From Conexivisphaerales archaeon (GTDB lineage Archaea > Thermoproteota > Nitrososphaeria > Conexivisphaerales > DTJL01), in NCBI GenBank assembly GCA_049509455.1, contig JBEKZX010000009.1:1-45309 (forward strand): a DNA stretch of 45,309 bases. Direction: 5' to 3'. The position numbers were made by a program, and so were the translations under genes. How positions within the stretch are numbered: the first letter of the stretch is position 1; every line of letters starts with the position of its first letter. Of this stretch, positions 9,388 through 18,245 are shown one piece after another. A model generated the notes under the pieces. It did not search any database and had not been told where the DNA came from. It saw only the letters and a program-made list of their open reading frames with translations.

Positions 9388-10341
9388 CTATTTCACTTTC
9401 CCCCTTCCGATGGCCGCCGCCACCAGGAATGGGAGGAGGACGGTCACGTCTCCATGGACCGTCACCTGTTCCGCCTTTGCCTTGACCTTCCCCCAGGATA
9501 TGGCTTCCCTGACCAGGGCCCCGCTCAGGCTCCCGTCGTACTCCACGGCCGTCGTCAGATAGACGGCGTAGTCAAGGCCGTTCCGGAACTGAGCCCACCA
9601 GATGGCATGATGCTTGCTGATGCCACCTCCTAGCATGAGGGCGCCCATCTTCTTGGCGGCGAAGACTGAGTCCGACATGAGCTCTTCGTCCCTGAGCACA
9701 TCAATCTTGAAATCCCGGTGCTTCTGGGAAAAGAGCCATAGTTGGGAGCCAACCGCGCCGTCGGTGAGTCCGGGTACCACTACAGGAACCTTCCTCTTGG
9801 CCGCCCAATAAAGGATGGAGTCCTCCCTGAGTAAGCGTTCCCCGATAAGCCAAGAAAGCTCCGAGGAACCCATCTCCCTACGACCTTCTGAATAGAGCTC
9901 TTCGAAGAGAGGCTGCAGTTTCTCCTCTAGCAGCGGCCCGTAAGAGGACTTCGGGACAAGGACATTTCCGAGGCGGTGATATCCCTCCTTCAGGAGCTTT
10001 TCGTCGTCGAGCCTGAAGTCGCCCTTCAAGTAAGGGGCGAAACTCCGAGCGATGTCGTGGTCCAAGGTGCCACAGGTAGTTATGATGAGGTCCACCTTGC
10101 CGTCCCTAGTCAGCTGCCGAAGGACGCCTCGGAGGCCGGTGGAGACGATGTCGGCCGGGAAGGAGAGCATCTTGAGGCAGCGCCCATCCCTCCACATATC
10201 GTCAAGGATGTCGACGGCTTCGGCGAAGTGCCTTCCAGTGAAGCCGCCTGACCCTCTCATCTTCGCGGCTATGGAGGAAACGGTCTCATTTCCCACTTCG
10301 AAGTCCCTGACGACGCTTAAAGGAGTGACACCGCGAGGCAC
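9388..10341 (-). CDS. dys: Deoxyhypusine synthase
   Basis: GYHRLGNVLVP, TDGAVG, GGGISKH, DGSLSGA and EAISWGK (active Lys) motifs. Confidence 0.96.
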   Translation of the reverse strand: MPRGVTPLSVVRDFEVGNETVSSIAAKMRGSGGFTGRHFAEAVDILDDMWRDGRCLKMLSFPADIVSTGLRGVLRQLTRDGKVDLIITTCGTLDHDIARSFAPYLKGDFRLDDEKLLKEGYHRLGNVLVPKSSYGPLLEEKLQPLFEELYSEGRREMGSSELSWLIGERLLREDSILYWAAKRKVPVVVPGLTDGAVGSQLWLFSQKHRDFKIDVLRDEELMSDSVFAAKKMGALMLGGGISKHHAIWWAQFRNGLDYAVYLTTAVEYDGSLSGALVREAISWGKVKAKAEQVTVHGDVTVLLPFLVAAAIGRGKVK

Positions 10342-10393
10342 GGGCTAGGGGTCAGAGAGCCGCCGTTAAAGAACTGTTTCCCGACCGTTCCGC

Positions 10394-11407
10394 CTACTTT
10401 ACGCCGAGGAGCTTGGCGACTTCCTTCCTGGAAGCCGCCCCCAGCTCGTCCGCCATTAGCTCGGGAGGCGTGGAGTTGACGTAGACGCCGAAGCCTTCGG
10501 CCAGGGCTCTCCTCTTAACGAGGTCCGGGTACACCTCGACGTGCCAGTGGAACTGCGACTGCTGCCTCTTCTCCGGAGCGAAATGAAAGGCGACGTGATA
10601 GTTCGGAGACGGACCCGCGGAGAGGCCGCCGATTGTGCATCGAAGCATCATTGAGAGGTCCTTGATTTGGTGCTGGGTCATCTTCAGGAAGCTCTTCTGG
10701 TGCTTGCGGGGCACAATCCAAAACTCGAAATCGTGCCGAGGCGCCCAGGGGACGAAGGCGAGGAAGTTTTCCGATGAAAGCACCTGCCTCGGGCCGCCCG
10801 ACTCGACCTGGACCAGGCGGCAGTAGGGGCATTGCCCTAGCTCTTCGTAGACGGCGTCGGACGTCTTGGATTCGGATTCGATCACGGGAGGAATCCGGGA
10901 GAAGCTCACTAGGTCAATGTGAGGGTGGGATATGGTGCCCTTCCCCGTCTCCGAATCTATGAAGGCGGACACGTATGAGACCCCCCTTCCCTGATAGAGG
11001 AACTTTAACTGCTCCTGAAGGGCTATCAAGTTGTCGGAGAGCTGATCGATGCTCATCTTGCTGAAGGTGTCGTCGTGGTTGGGGGTCGAGACCACAACAT
11101 AATGCGTGCCTCGTGCCGGCTCCCCGAAGAGGGGTTCATCGCTGTAGTTCGAGCGGGAGTCGTCGAAGACGAGGGGCTCGGGGTGCTTGAAGACCCTGAC
11201 TACCCATTCCTTCACCCTTTCGTCTTCCCCGTCGCTGGTCTTGACTATGCCGCCGTAGCGGTCCTGGAGGACCAGTTCAGCGGGGGGAGTCGATTCTTCC
11301 TTCCCCTTGCAGTAGCTGCAGCCGTCCTCGGGGGCCCGGCTTCGCCTCTTCTCGGAGGGCACAAGCGACATCGACTTAGAAACGTAGTCAACACGTAGCT
11401 CCGGCAA
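10394..11407 (-). CDS. galT: Galactose-1-phosphate uridylyltransferase-like (GalT/HIT family)
   Basis: ELRVDY N-terminus, CSYC, TPP, HPH nucleophile motif, CPYC, FHWHVEVYP; TTG 11407 preceded by GGAGGT. Confidence 0.85.
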   Translation of the reverse strand: MPELRVDYVSKSMSLVPSEKRRSRAPEDGCSYCKGKEESTPPAELVLQDRYGGIVKTSDGEDERVKEWVVRVFKHPEPLVFDDSRSNYSDEPLFGEPARGTHYVVVSTPNHDDTFSKMSIDQLSDNLIALQEQLKFLYQGRGVSYVSAFIDSETGKGTISHPHIDLVSFSRIPPVIESESKTSDAVYEELGQCPYCRLVQVESGGPRQVLSSENFLAFVPWAPRHDFEFWIVPRKHQKSFLKMTQHQIKDLSMMLRCTIGGLSAGPSPNYHVAFHFAPEKRQQSQFHWHVEVYPDLVKRRALAEGFGVYVNSTPPELMADELGAASRKEVAKLLGVK

Positions 11408-11661
11408 TCTCCTACCTCCCCGCCGCAAATGGTAAGTACAAGGGTGGTTAAATCTGTAGAGACAGGCCGCTTCAAGAAGGAAGCTCCCCTTGCCGAGTGT
11501 ATAGAAGCCGGGCGTCGCCCGCGACTTGTCGTCGTTCCTAGTACCCAGTTCACCAATTCGGGGCGGATTCGTAGCCATGTCGGTACCAAACTGGCCATCA
11601 AAAGGGCGCGCCAAACCAAAACTCCACAGACGGCCGCATCCTTAAGCGAAGCAACTGGCCT

Positions 11662-11751
11662 CTACTTCCTCCCTCCCTTCTCCTCCGCCTGCTGATGTGA
11701 GATCTTCCTCCTCTCCTTTGCTTCCCAATTCCTCGCACGCGCAAGCGTCAT
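11662..11751 (-). CDS. Candidate 29-aa basic small protein (MTLARARNWEAKERRKISHQQAEEKGGRK)
   Basis: CTTAAG TATA-like box about 27 nt upstream of ATG 11751; purine-rich, coding-like; alternative ATG at 11763. Confidence 0.3.
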   Translation of the reverse strand: MTLARARNWEAKERRKISHQQAEEKGGRK

Positions 11752-12033
11752 TCCTCCATCCATCTCTCTTCTTACCCCTTAAGTAGCTGGGAAGACCTGA
11801 CTCCGAGAGCGACGGCCTCGCCGCGGAGAGAATTATCGAGGCAATAGTTGAGCAAGTGCAATTGGATTTCGACCGCGGACGTTCGCCTGTCGATGGAGCT
11901 GGGCCTGGTCCGTCATATTGCCAAATCAGATTCCTCCTTTAATTCGGTTCAGCCGTCGGAGGCTTGTCCTGCAGACGGATTCTACTGCCTGTCAACAGCC
12001 TGAAATCCGGCCTCCGCCCGCTCATGGCAGGCA

Positions 12034-12153
12034 CTAGCCGGCAAAATGACCAATCTGACCAATCTGACCTGTATGCTGACCATGATGACCATTCTGACGA
12101 AAATGACGCGGAATGCGTCAAGATGACCGGCCGGGCAACCAATGCCGGCCTAG
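12034..12153. repeat. TGAC short-repeat array (9-nt period) bracketed by an imperfect inverted repeat
   Basis: TGAC at 12047, 12056, 12065, 12077, 12086, 12095, 12104 and 12124, with inverted GTCA at 12117; flanks CTAGCCGGCA (12034) and TGCCGGCCTAG (12143). Confidence 0.75.
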
Positions 12154-12157
12154 TTCT

Positions 12158-12229
12158 ATTTTGCGATCTTATCTTGCCTATTTTGCTTTCTTGCGCATCC
12201 CATTCTGCTTTTTTGCGACCGTTGTTGCA
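12158..12229. repeat. T-rich block with recurring TTGC
   Basis: TTGC at 12161, 12174, 12183, 12191, 12213 and 12225; spacing irregular. Confidence 0.45.
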
Positions 12230-12260
12230 GGCATCGTCTACCCAACCCGAAGCGCTACTC

Positions 12261-12884
12261 ATGGGTTGAAATGCCGAAGAAGGTCGAGGAAGATAGAAGG
12301 GGAGACGGGCATCAGCCACACCTCCCAGCGCAAGTATGTCAAGGAGTTCATCAGAGTCGGAGAAGTTGGGCATAGACGAGGCCGCCGAGCTCCACGGGGT
12401 GAGGAAGATCATAGAGCAGGTCCGCAGGCTTTCGGGGATCCTCCGGACGCACGAGGTGCCGGCGGACGAGGCCATGGACGGGGTTACCGTGGCTAAGCGT
12501 CTCAAGCAGATCGGCGTCACCAAAGAGAAGGTGCTGGACTTCATCGACGAGGTCATGAACAGGTGCGAGAAGAAGGCGTTCACCGTCTCCGAGCTCGCGC
12601 AGTGCGCCAAGGAGCTCTCGGACGTCGAGGTCGAGGCAGACCCCGAGGGGATACTAACGAGCGCCCTTGTGATGATGGAGAGGAAGAGGGAGTGGCCCAA
12701 CCCCTTCGGCGGCGGCCATGCCGTTTCTGGTGCTCTCGGCGATGCTTTCCTTTCATACTCTCTGACGGAGCGCCCTTCCTCCATCGTGGCCATTCTGAAG
12801 GTTAAACCCGACTTGAGTAGCACCATATCAGGTAGTGTATACAATTTGAGCCAAAGGCTCAATCGGTTTACCCGTTTTGATTAA
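12261..12884 (+). pseudogene. Frameshifted and truncated HTH/helical protein relic
   Basis: HTH-like SRKIEGETGISHTSQRKYVKEF in one frame continues after a +1 shift near 12359 as EKLGIDEAAE...RLKQIGVTKEKVLDFIDEVMNRCEK; the tail after about 12680 looks non-coding. Confidence 0.55.
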
Positions 12885-12918
12885 ACATAAATACGGCAGA
12901 GGGCTTTTCGCAACTGAA

Positions 12919-14220
12919 TTGCAGAAGATATGCCTAATCGTCTCCATGCAACAGCCGATATACCTTAGTCGCAACTTTCCGTATGAAAGGGCGAAAAGGA
13001 TCGCTGAGGAGGCCAGCCTGATGGACCGATACTTCGACTACGGGCTGTGTCACAAGCTGTACCTGGAGAACTCGAAACAGATTTTCACGCCCCTGTTGAC
13101 GGGCTTCCTCGAAGAGGCCGAAGCAACGGCCAAGACGCCCAACCCCTTCAAGTTCGCCATAGCCGCCAGCGGGCTGTTCATCGAGCAGGTCGTTAAGGAG
13201 GACGCCTTCCTTCTGAGCGTCATCAAGAAGCTTCTGGGTTTAGGAGCCCTGGAGTTCGTGGCCATGCCGTATCACAATTCTCTTGCTTCTCTCTATTCCG
13301 GCGGTCTCGACGAGTTCGAGGAGCAGGTGAAGGAGGATGCGGCTCTCCTGGGCAAGATGTTCTCCGTCCAGCCTAAGGTCTTTGCTAACACGAAGCTCGT
13401 GTTCAACGATAAGGTCGCTCGCAGCGTCGAAGCGATGGGATACGTCGGCGTCTTCGTTGATGGCGTCAAGGGCCTGAACGCGGAGAGCCCGGCTTTCACG
13501 TACACTTCGTCGGCGGCGCCGGGCCTGAGGCTTCTTGTCAGGGACACCGGTGTCAGCATGGCTCTTGTGAACGGCGCCATGGAGGAGATGGAGAGCCTCA
13601 AGAGCCGCGACGGGCTGGGCGTCATATTCCTCGACACAGACGAGCTCGGAAAGAGGGACAAATCCTATTTCAAGCTCATCGCCGGAACACTCCACGAGCA
13701 GGGTTTCAGCTTCACCAACCCCACCGAATACGTTCTGGACACCACCCCTGCCGGCAGCCTCAGTGTGCCTGAGCCACTAACCATAGCAACGGAGGAATCG
13801 GGGGGAAGCGTCGGCCGCTTCCTGGCCAATCCTTTGCAGAGAATCTCCTATGACAGGGTGTCCGCCCTGAGGCCCTACATCAAGGAGGTGGGCGACGAGC
13901 GCGTGAAGGCCCTTTGGCGGATCCTTCAGCAGCTGGACCACTTCGTCTATATGGGCGACCAGATGCCCCCATCCTATCACAAGATCTTCAGCAGCCCGGC
14001 AGAGACCTTCGCGGTGTATAACACGATACTGGTGGACTTCGAAGGGAAGGTCACTACCATTGTACAGCGGATGAGGAAGGCCAGGGGCCCGGCAGTGCCT
14101 AAGCCGGGCATGCCTCCAGTAGGCTACAGGACGCCGGCCCAGATGCTAGACCGCGGGTCGCCATCTCCCATAGTTGGACCGGCCCCTAACCCCTACGAGA
14201 AGAAGGCCCTGGACTTCTGA
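12919..14220 (+). CDS. GH57 alpha-amylase-like protein with the catalytic nucleophile apparently lost
   Basis: PYHNSLASLY, PKVFANTKLVFND, FLDTDELG, LANPLQRISY and ILVDFE are collinear with archaeal GH57 alpha-amylases; TTG 12919. Confidence 0.85.
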   Translation: MQKICLIVSMQQPIYLSRNFPYERAKRIAEEASLMDRYFDYGLCHKLYLENSKQIFTPLLTGFLEEAEATAKTPNPFKFAIAASGLFIEQVVKEDAFLLSVIKKLLGLGALEFVAMPYHNSLASLYSGGLDEFEEQVKEDAALLGKMFSVQPKVFANTKLVFNDKVARSVEAMGYVGVFVDGVKGLNAESPAFTYTSSAAPGLRLLVRDTGVSMALVNGAMEEMESLKSRDGLGVIFLDTDELGKRDKSYFKLIAGTLHEQGFSFTNPTEYVLDTTPAGSLSVPEPLTIATEESGGSVGRFLANPLQRISYDRVSALRPYIKEVGDERVKALWRILQQLDHFVYMGDQMPPSYHKIFSSPAETFAVYNTILVDFEGKVTTIVQRMRKARGPAVPKPGMPPVGYRTPAQMLDRGSPSPIVGPAPNPYEKKALDF

Positions 14221-14314
14221 GCCGACCCTTTCATTCGCGCCTTCACCCACTGGCATGTCCTGAAGGAAGGACACCCAAACTTGATAAATCAGGAAGGAGG
14301 AGCGAAGAGAAGAT

Positions 14315-15595
14315 TTGAAGCTCCTTTACGTCCTGCTTGATGGGGTCGGCGACCGGCCGAACCCCATGCTACAAGGCAAGACCCCCCTTGAAGCGGCGTC
14401 CACTCCCGGGATGGACCGGCTGGCTTCAAGAGGCGTCAGCGGCCTCGTCTACACAGTTGGCAAAGGCGTGGCGCCGGAATCGGACGTAGCCGTCTTCAGC
14501 ATGCTTGGATACAGCTTCGGCAAGGAATACCCCGGAAGGGGGGTGATAGAGGCGGTGGGTGCTGGCATTCCGTTTCGGAACGGGGACCTCGCCCTCAGAG
14601 CCAACTTCGCCACCGTCGACGAGGCGCTGACCATAACCGACAGGCGCGCCGGGAGGAACCTCGGCCAAGAGGAAGGGAAGAGGTTGGCCCAGGAGGTCTC
14701 CGAAAAAGCGAGACTTTCCATGGCCGGGGCTTCATTCAGATTCGTCCATACACTCGCGCATAGGGCCGTCCTGACCTTCAGGGTCGATGGGGAGGTGCTA
14801 TCGGGCGAGCTCTCCAACACCGATCCGGCCTATGCCAAGGTGGGCGGGATGGGGGTAGCCAGGGAGAAGGTCACGGATAATCCTCTCCGGTGCATCCCCC
14901 TGGACGGGAGCCGGGGAGCTGCCACGGGCGCCTTTCTGGTGAACGAGTTCGTCGACAAGTCGCATGAGGTACTAGATCACAGCGAAGTCAACCGGGAGAG
15001 GCTAAAAAGGGGTTTCAAGCCGGCCAACATTGTGCTGACGAGAGACGGGGGGAGCAAGCTTCCTGTCGTCGAGCAGATGTCCTCGAAGTACGGGGCCAGC
15101 TTCGCCGTCATAGCCGACATGCCCGTGGAGCTGGGGATAGGCAAGCTCACCGGGATGGAGGTCCATGTCTCAAAGGGCATGTTCGATTACAAGGGGAAGC
15201 TGGAGGATGCGATGAGGCTCCTCGCGCGGCACGACGTCGTCTACCTTCATATCAAGGGGCCCGACGAGCCCGGCCATGACGGCGATGCTATCGCCAAGGT
15301 CAAGAGGCTGGAGGAGATTGACCGCGGCTTCTTCTTGCCTCTCGTGGATGCCGGGAGGCTGGAGGCAGTGACCGTGGCGGTCTCGGCCGACCATTCTACC
15401 CCGTGCACCATTAGGGCTCACAGCGACGACCCCGTGCCACTCGTCATTTCTGGGGAGGGCCTTCCAAGGGACGGGACCGAAAGGTTCACCGAATCCGCCG
15501 CGTCGAAGGGCTCACTGGGCCTGCTTAGCGGCCGGGAAGTGCTGGCGACAGCCTTGAAGTACGCCAGGATGAGAACCGCTCCCTTCAGTTTTTAA
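14315..15595 (+). CDS. apgM: 2,3-bisphosphoglycerate-independent phosphoglycerate mutase, archaeal type
   Basis: LDGVGDRP, GKTPLEAASTP, PESD (phospho-Ser), HIKGPDEPGHDG and ADHSTP motifs. Confidence 0.95.
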   Translation: MKLLYVLLDGVGDRPNPMLQGKTPLEAASTPGMDRLASRGVSGLVYTVGKGVAPESDVAVFSMLGYSFGKEYPGRGVIEAVGAGIPFRNGDLALRANFATVDEALTITDRRAGRNLGQEEGKRLAQEVSEKARLSMAGASFRFVHTLAHRAVLTFRVDGEVLSGELSNTDPAYAKVGGMGVAREKVTDNPLRCIPLDGSRGAATGAFLVNEFVDKSHEVLDHSEVNRERLKRGFKPANIVLTRDGGSKLPVVEQMSSKYGASFAVIADMPVELGIGKLTGMEVHVSKGMFDYKGKLEDAMRLLARHDVVYLHIKGPDEPGHDGDAIAKVKRLEEIDRGFFLPLVDAGRLEAVTVAVSADHSTPCTIRAHSDDPVPLVISGEGLPRDGTERFTESAASKGSLGLLSGREVLATALKYARMRTAPFSF

Positions 15596-15624
15596 GGAAG
15601 CTGCGGCTGCAAGAATGCATAGTA

Positions 15625-16032
15625 ATGGGCTCGCCAGAGTCCTTTTCGAGGGTGCCGCTGAGCATCATCGTGTTGGGGAAGGGGAAGATCAAAGGCGAAA
15701 TCATCAAGCACCTCGCCCCCTCCACCAGCAGCTCGATCATCAGGTACGGAAGGATAGCTGGCAGAGCCACTCTCGAGGAGGGCTCCATCCTCATTCTAAC
15801 CCCCATCAGAGCGGGGCTAGAGAAGCCTAAGAATCGCTTCGCTGCGGGCGACATAGCCTTCCTGCCGCTGAACGGAGCGCTTTGTATATTCCTAGTCGAC
15901 ACGACGACGGCGCGCCCGATGAACCACGTGGGAAGGGTCACCTCGGAAGGAGACCTTCTCAAGGAGATCGGCCGCGGCGATACCGTAATCTTCGAGGTAG
16001 AGGAGACGAATCCTCCCCAGCAGGCTCCATAA
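15625..16032 (+). CDS. Cyclophilin-like-fold protein (TM1367/DUF369-like)
   Basis: GEIIKHLAPST, GLEKPKNRFAAGDIAFLP...ALCIF and PMNHVGRV motifs. Confidence 0.75.
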   Translation: MGSPESFSRVPLSIIVLGKGKIKGEIIKHLAPSTSSSIIRYGRIAGRATLEEGSILILTPIRAGLEKPKNRFAAGDIAFLPLNGALCIFLVDTTTARPMNHVGRVTSEGDLLKEIGRGDTVIFEVEETNPPQQAP

Positions 16033-16163
16033 GACAGTCCCGCGCGGAATTGCCAGCTAGCGTCTAGCTCTGCACCGGTGGTTTCGGGCATGGCAGCCGA
16101 TGGGCCCAGGCACGACTCAGGGCGATGAGTAATTAACCATGTACTCGCCCCCTTGTACACTGC

Positions 16164-16493
16164 ATGGGCAAAGACACAAAACCGGACGGGACGAAAGGAA
16201 ATGCAGAGAGCGAGACGATGTTTACGGACGTTCTGCGAGAGCTCGACGCAGAAGAGAGCCGCATCACGGTCAGGCTGGAGCTGAGGAGATTCCGCAAGAA
16301 GACGACCCTAGTCGAAGGGCTGTCGGGGACTCAGGGCGACATTAACAAAGTAGCGCACGCGCTCAAGAAGAAGCTGGCGACCGGCGGCAGCGTGAAGGAT
16401 GGGATCATAGTCTTACAGGGAGACCAACGGGACAGTGTCAAGGAGATCCTTTCTAGAATGGGGTATCCGGAGCACCGCATCGAAGTCCAGTGA
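16164..16493 (+). CDS. Translation initiation factor SUI1 (aIF1)
   Basis: ITVRLELRRFRKKTTLVEGL, LKKKLATGGSVKDG, LQGDQR motifs. Confidence 0.95.
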   Translation: MGKDTKPDGTKGNAESETMFTDVLRELDAEESRITVRLELRRFRKKTTLVEGLSGTQGDINKVAHALKKKLATGGSVKDGIIVLQGDQRDSVKEILSRMGYPEHRIEVQ

Positions 16494-16568
16494 AAGATGC
16501 CCAGTCGATTCCGATTCAAGGCAGCTCCTAGGCCGTTCCAGAATCAAGAGTATTTCCGTCGAAAGAGG

Positions 16569-16898
16569 CTACTTCTTCTTCACGGCATAGACGTAGTGGC
16601 CGCTGAAGCCGCCCACCCTTTCCAAGAGCCCCTTTTCGGCCATCGAACGCAGAAGTATGGAGGAAATGCCCGCCTTGATGCCCAGGGCCTTTGCTGCAGA
16701 ATAGATAGTGATTGCCCTCAGGGGCGCGAGCTGGCTCACGGCATCCTCCTCACGCACGTTGAGAGAGTACTGAGGCTGGACCGCCCTCGACGGCTTTCCG
16801 CCTTTCCCTCCCTTCTTATCCTTCGGCTTCTCCTCTTCTCCCTTCCGGTCCTGTTCCTTCTCCATTGAAGCAACCGTCTTCTTCCTAGCGCCGCCCAA
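16569..16898 (-). CDS. rps25e: 30S ribosomal protein S25e
   Basis: Lys-rich N-terminus, ITIYSAAKALGIKAGISSILLRSM winged helix, GHYVY; TATA-like TTATAT about 30 nt upstream. Confidence 0.92.
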   Translation of the reverse strand: MGGARKKTVASMEKEQDRKGEEEKPKDKKGGKGGKPSRAVQPQYSLNVREEDAVSQLAPLRAITIYSAAKALGIKAGISSILLRSMAEKGLLERVGGFSGHYVYAVKKK

Positions 16899-17090
16899 GG
16901 CTGGTCAACAGAGGCTGAATTAAGCTCGATATAACCTTTGCCGGTAGCAGAGTAGCACGAGTGAGGCAATCGTTAAAAGACGCGCGACTGGGAAGCTGGA
17001 AGAAGGGAGCTAAATGAACGGAGGAGCTTCCAGCCACGGCGCAAGACGCAGAGGAATCGCTGTAAAGGATGCCTTGCGGAGGCCTTCCGT

Positions 17091-17537
17091 ATGACCTTTG
17101 CACCGAAGGTCAGGCCCCTGGGGATTACCGTGCTCTCCATCTTGGGCGCTGTGGGGGCGGTCCTCTCCGTCCTCTTGGGAGCGGCACTCGTCATCAGTAC
17201 GCCGGACCTCATCTCGATGCTCATTAAGTTGGACCCTTCCTATTCGACGGTGGGGAACGACGTCCTGGCCCTCTCCATCCAGATCGTCGCTGCGTTCTTC
17301 GTCGTCGTAGGGCTCGTCGCGCTCTTGAACGGCTACGGCCTCTGGAAGGGAAAGGCTTGGGCGTGGTGGATCACTGTAAGCCTGGCTCTTTTGGGTGCGT
17401 TCTCCAGCATCTTCATCCTCCCGATGGGTGCCGTCAGCCTTGGCATTGAGCTCCTCATTATCTACTACATGTTGAGGCCCTCCGTCCGGCTCTACTTCAG
17501 ACCTCAAGCGGAGACCCTTCCCTTGACCTCGGCTTAG
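17091..17537 (+). CDS. Four-TM membrane protein of unknown function
   Basis: RPLGITVLSIL N-terminus, GYGLWKGKAWAW, YYMLRPSVRLYF. Confidence 0.8.
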   Translation: MTFAPKVRPLGITVLSILGAVGAVLSVLLGAALVISTPDLISMLIKLDPSYSTVGNDVLALSIQIVAAFFVVVGLVALLNGYGLWKGKAWAWWITVSLALLGAFSSIFILPMGAVSLGIELLIIYYMLRPSVRLYFRPQAETLPLTSA

Positions 17538-18238
17538 GCCTCGGCCTTCCCTGCGACGATGACCAAGACACCGTCCAGCATGAGCTTCCTGGGCGTGACC
17601 TGGGCAAACAAGGGCGTGAAGATGGAGATCACCTCTGCGTTGCAGGGGAGCCTTCTCAGCGTGAGATAGATGTCACGGAATGGCGCACCCTCGCTCCCCA
17701 TGAACAAAAAGAGAAGCACGGGCACCACTACTCTCCAGTACGCCGCCACGAGGACACGCTTGTATCCCGAATCCGGCCTCCCCAAGTCCAGCACCACCGC
17801 TTGGCCGCCCGGCCTCAGGACCCTGCTGGCCTCGCGGACCGCCGCCACCCTGTCGCGGGCATCGCGGAGAGTGAATCCCGCTAGGTATCCGTCGAGGGCA
17901 CGGTCCCGGAACGGAAGGTACTCATAGACCGCCTGGACCATGTTGGCGCCCGTCAGCTCCTCGTTGGCGGTGGCGTAGGCGAGCATCTCGGGGAGCGGGT
18001 CCACCAGGACGGCCTCCAGCGAAGGGTTCAGCCTCCGGGCTTCGATTGCCATGCTGCCAGGGCCACACCCCACGTCGGCGAAGACGCCTGACGGCGGAAG
18101 CCCTGAGGCGACGGCAGCGCGCCTCAGCTTGGCTGACCGGCCAAAGGAAAGAACATCGTTACCCCTTCCGTAGATGGGCGCCAGGACTCTAAGGTCGTCC
18201 AAGATCCTGTTCCAGTCCTCGCCGAGGCCCGAAGACAT
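17534..18238 (-). CDS. Class I SAM-dependent methyltransferase, UbiE/MenG-like
   Basis: DVGCGPGS motif I, LPFRD, RVLRPGG, VLDLGRP. Confidence 0.88.
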   Translation of the reverse strand: MSSGLGEDWNRILDDLRVLAPIYGRGNDVLSFGRSAKLRRAAVASGLPPSGVFADVGCGPGSMAIEARRLNPSLEAVLVDPLPEMLAYATANEELTGANMVQAVYEYLPFRDRALDGYLAGFTLRDARDRVAAVREASRVLRPGGQAVVLDLGRPDSGYKRVLVAAYWRVVVPVLLFLFMGSEGAPFRDIYLTLRRLPCNAEVISIFTPLFAQVTPRKLMLDGVLVIVAGKAEA

Positions 18239-18245
18239 GAATGAG

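Noticed and set aside
11470-11640. GAAGGAAGCTCC resembling RNase P CR-I
   Set aside because: No matching CR-V or P4 partner; segment too short
11245-11763. Minus frame that stays open for about 170 codons across one TAG (11662), suggesting readthrough or pyrrolysine
   Set aside because: The downstream part overlaps galT in another frame, has no recognisable motif, and no pyl genes are present
11939-12862. 307-aa minus-strand ORF containing SEWSSWSAYRSDWSDWSFC (thrombospondin/WSxWS-like)
   Set aside because: Mostly antisense to the HTH relic; the WSxWS pattern is simply the reverse reading of the TGACC repeat
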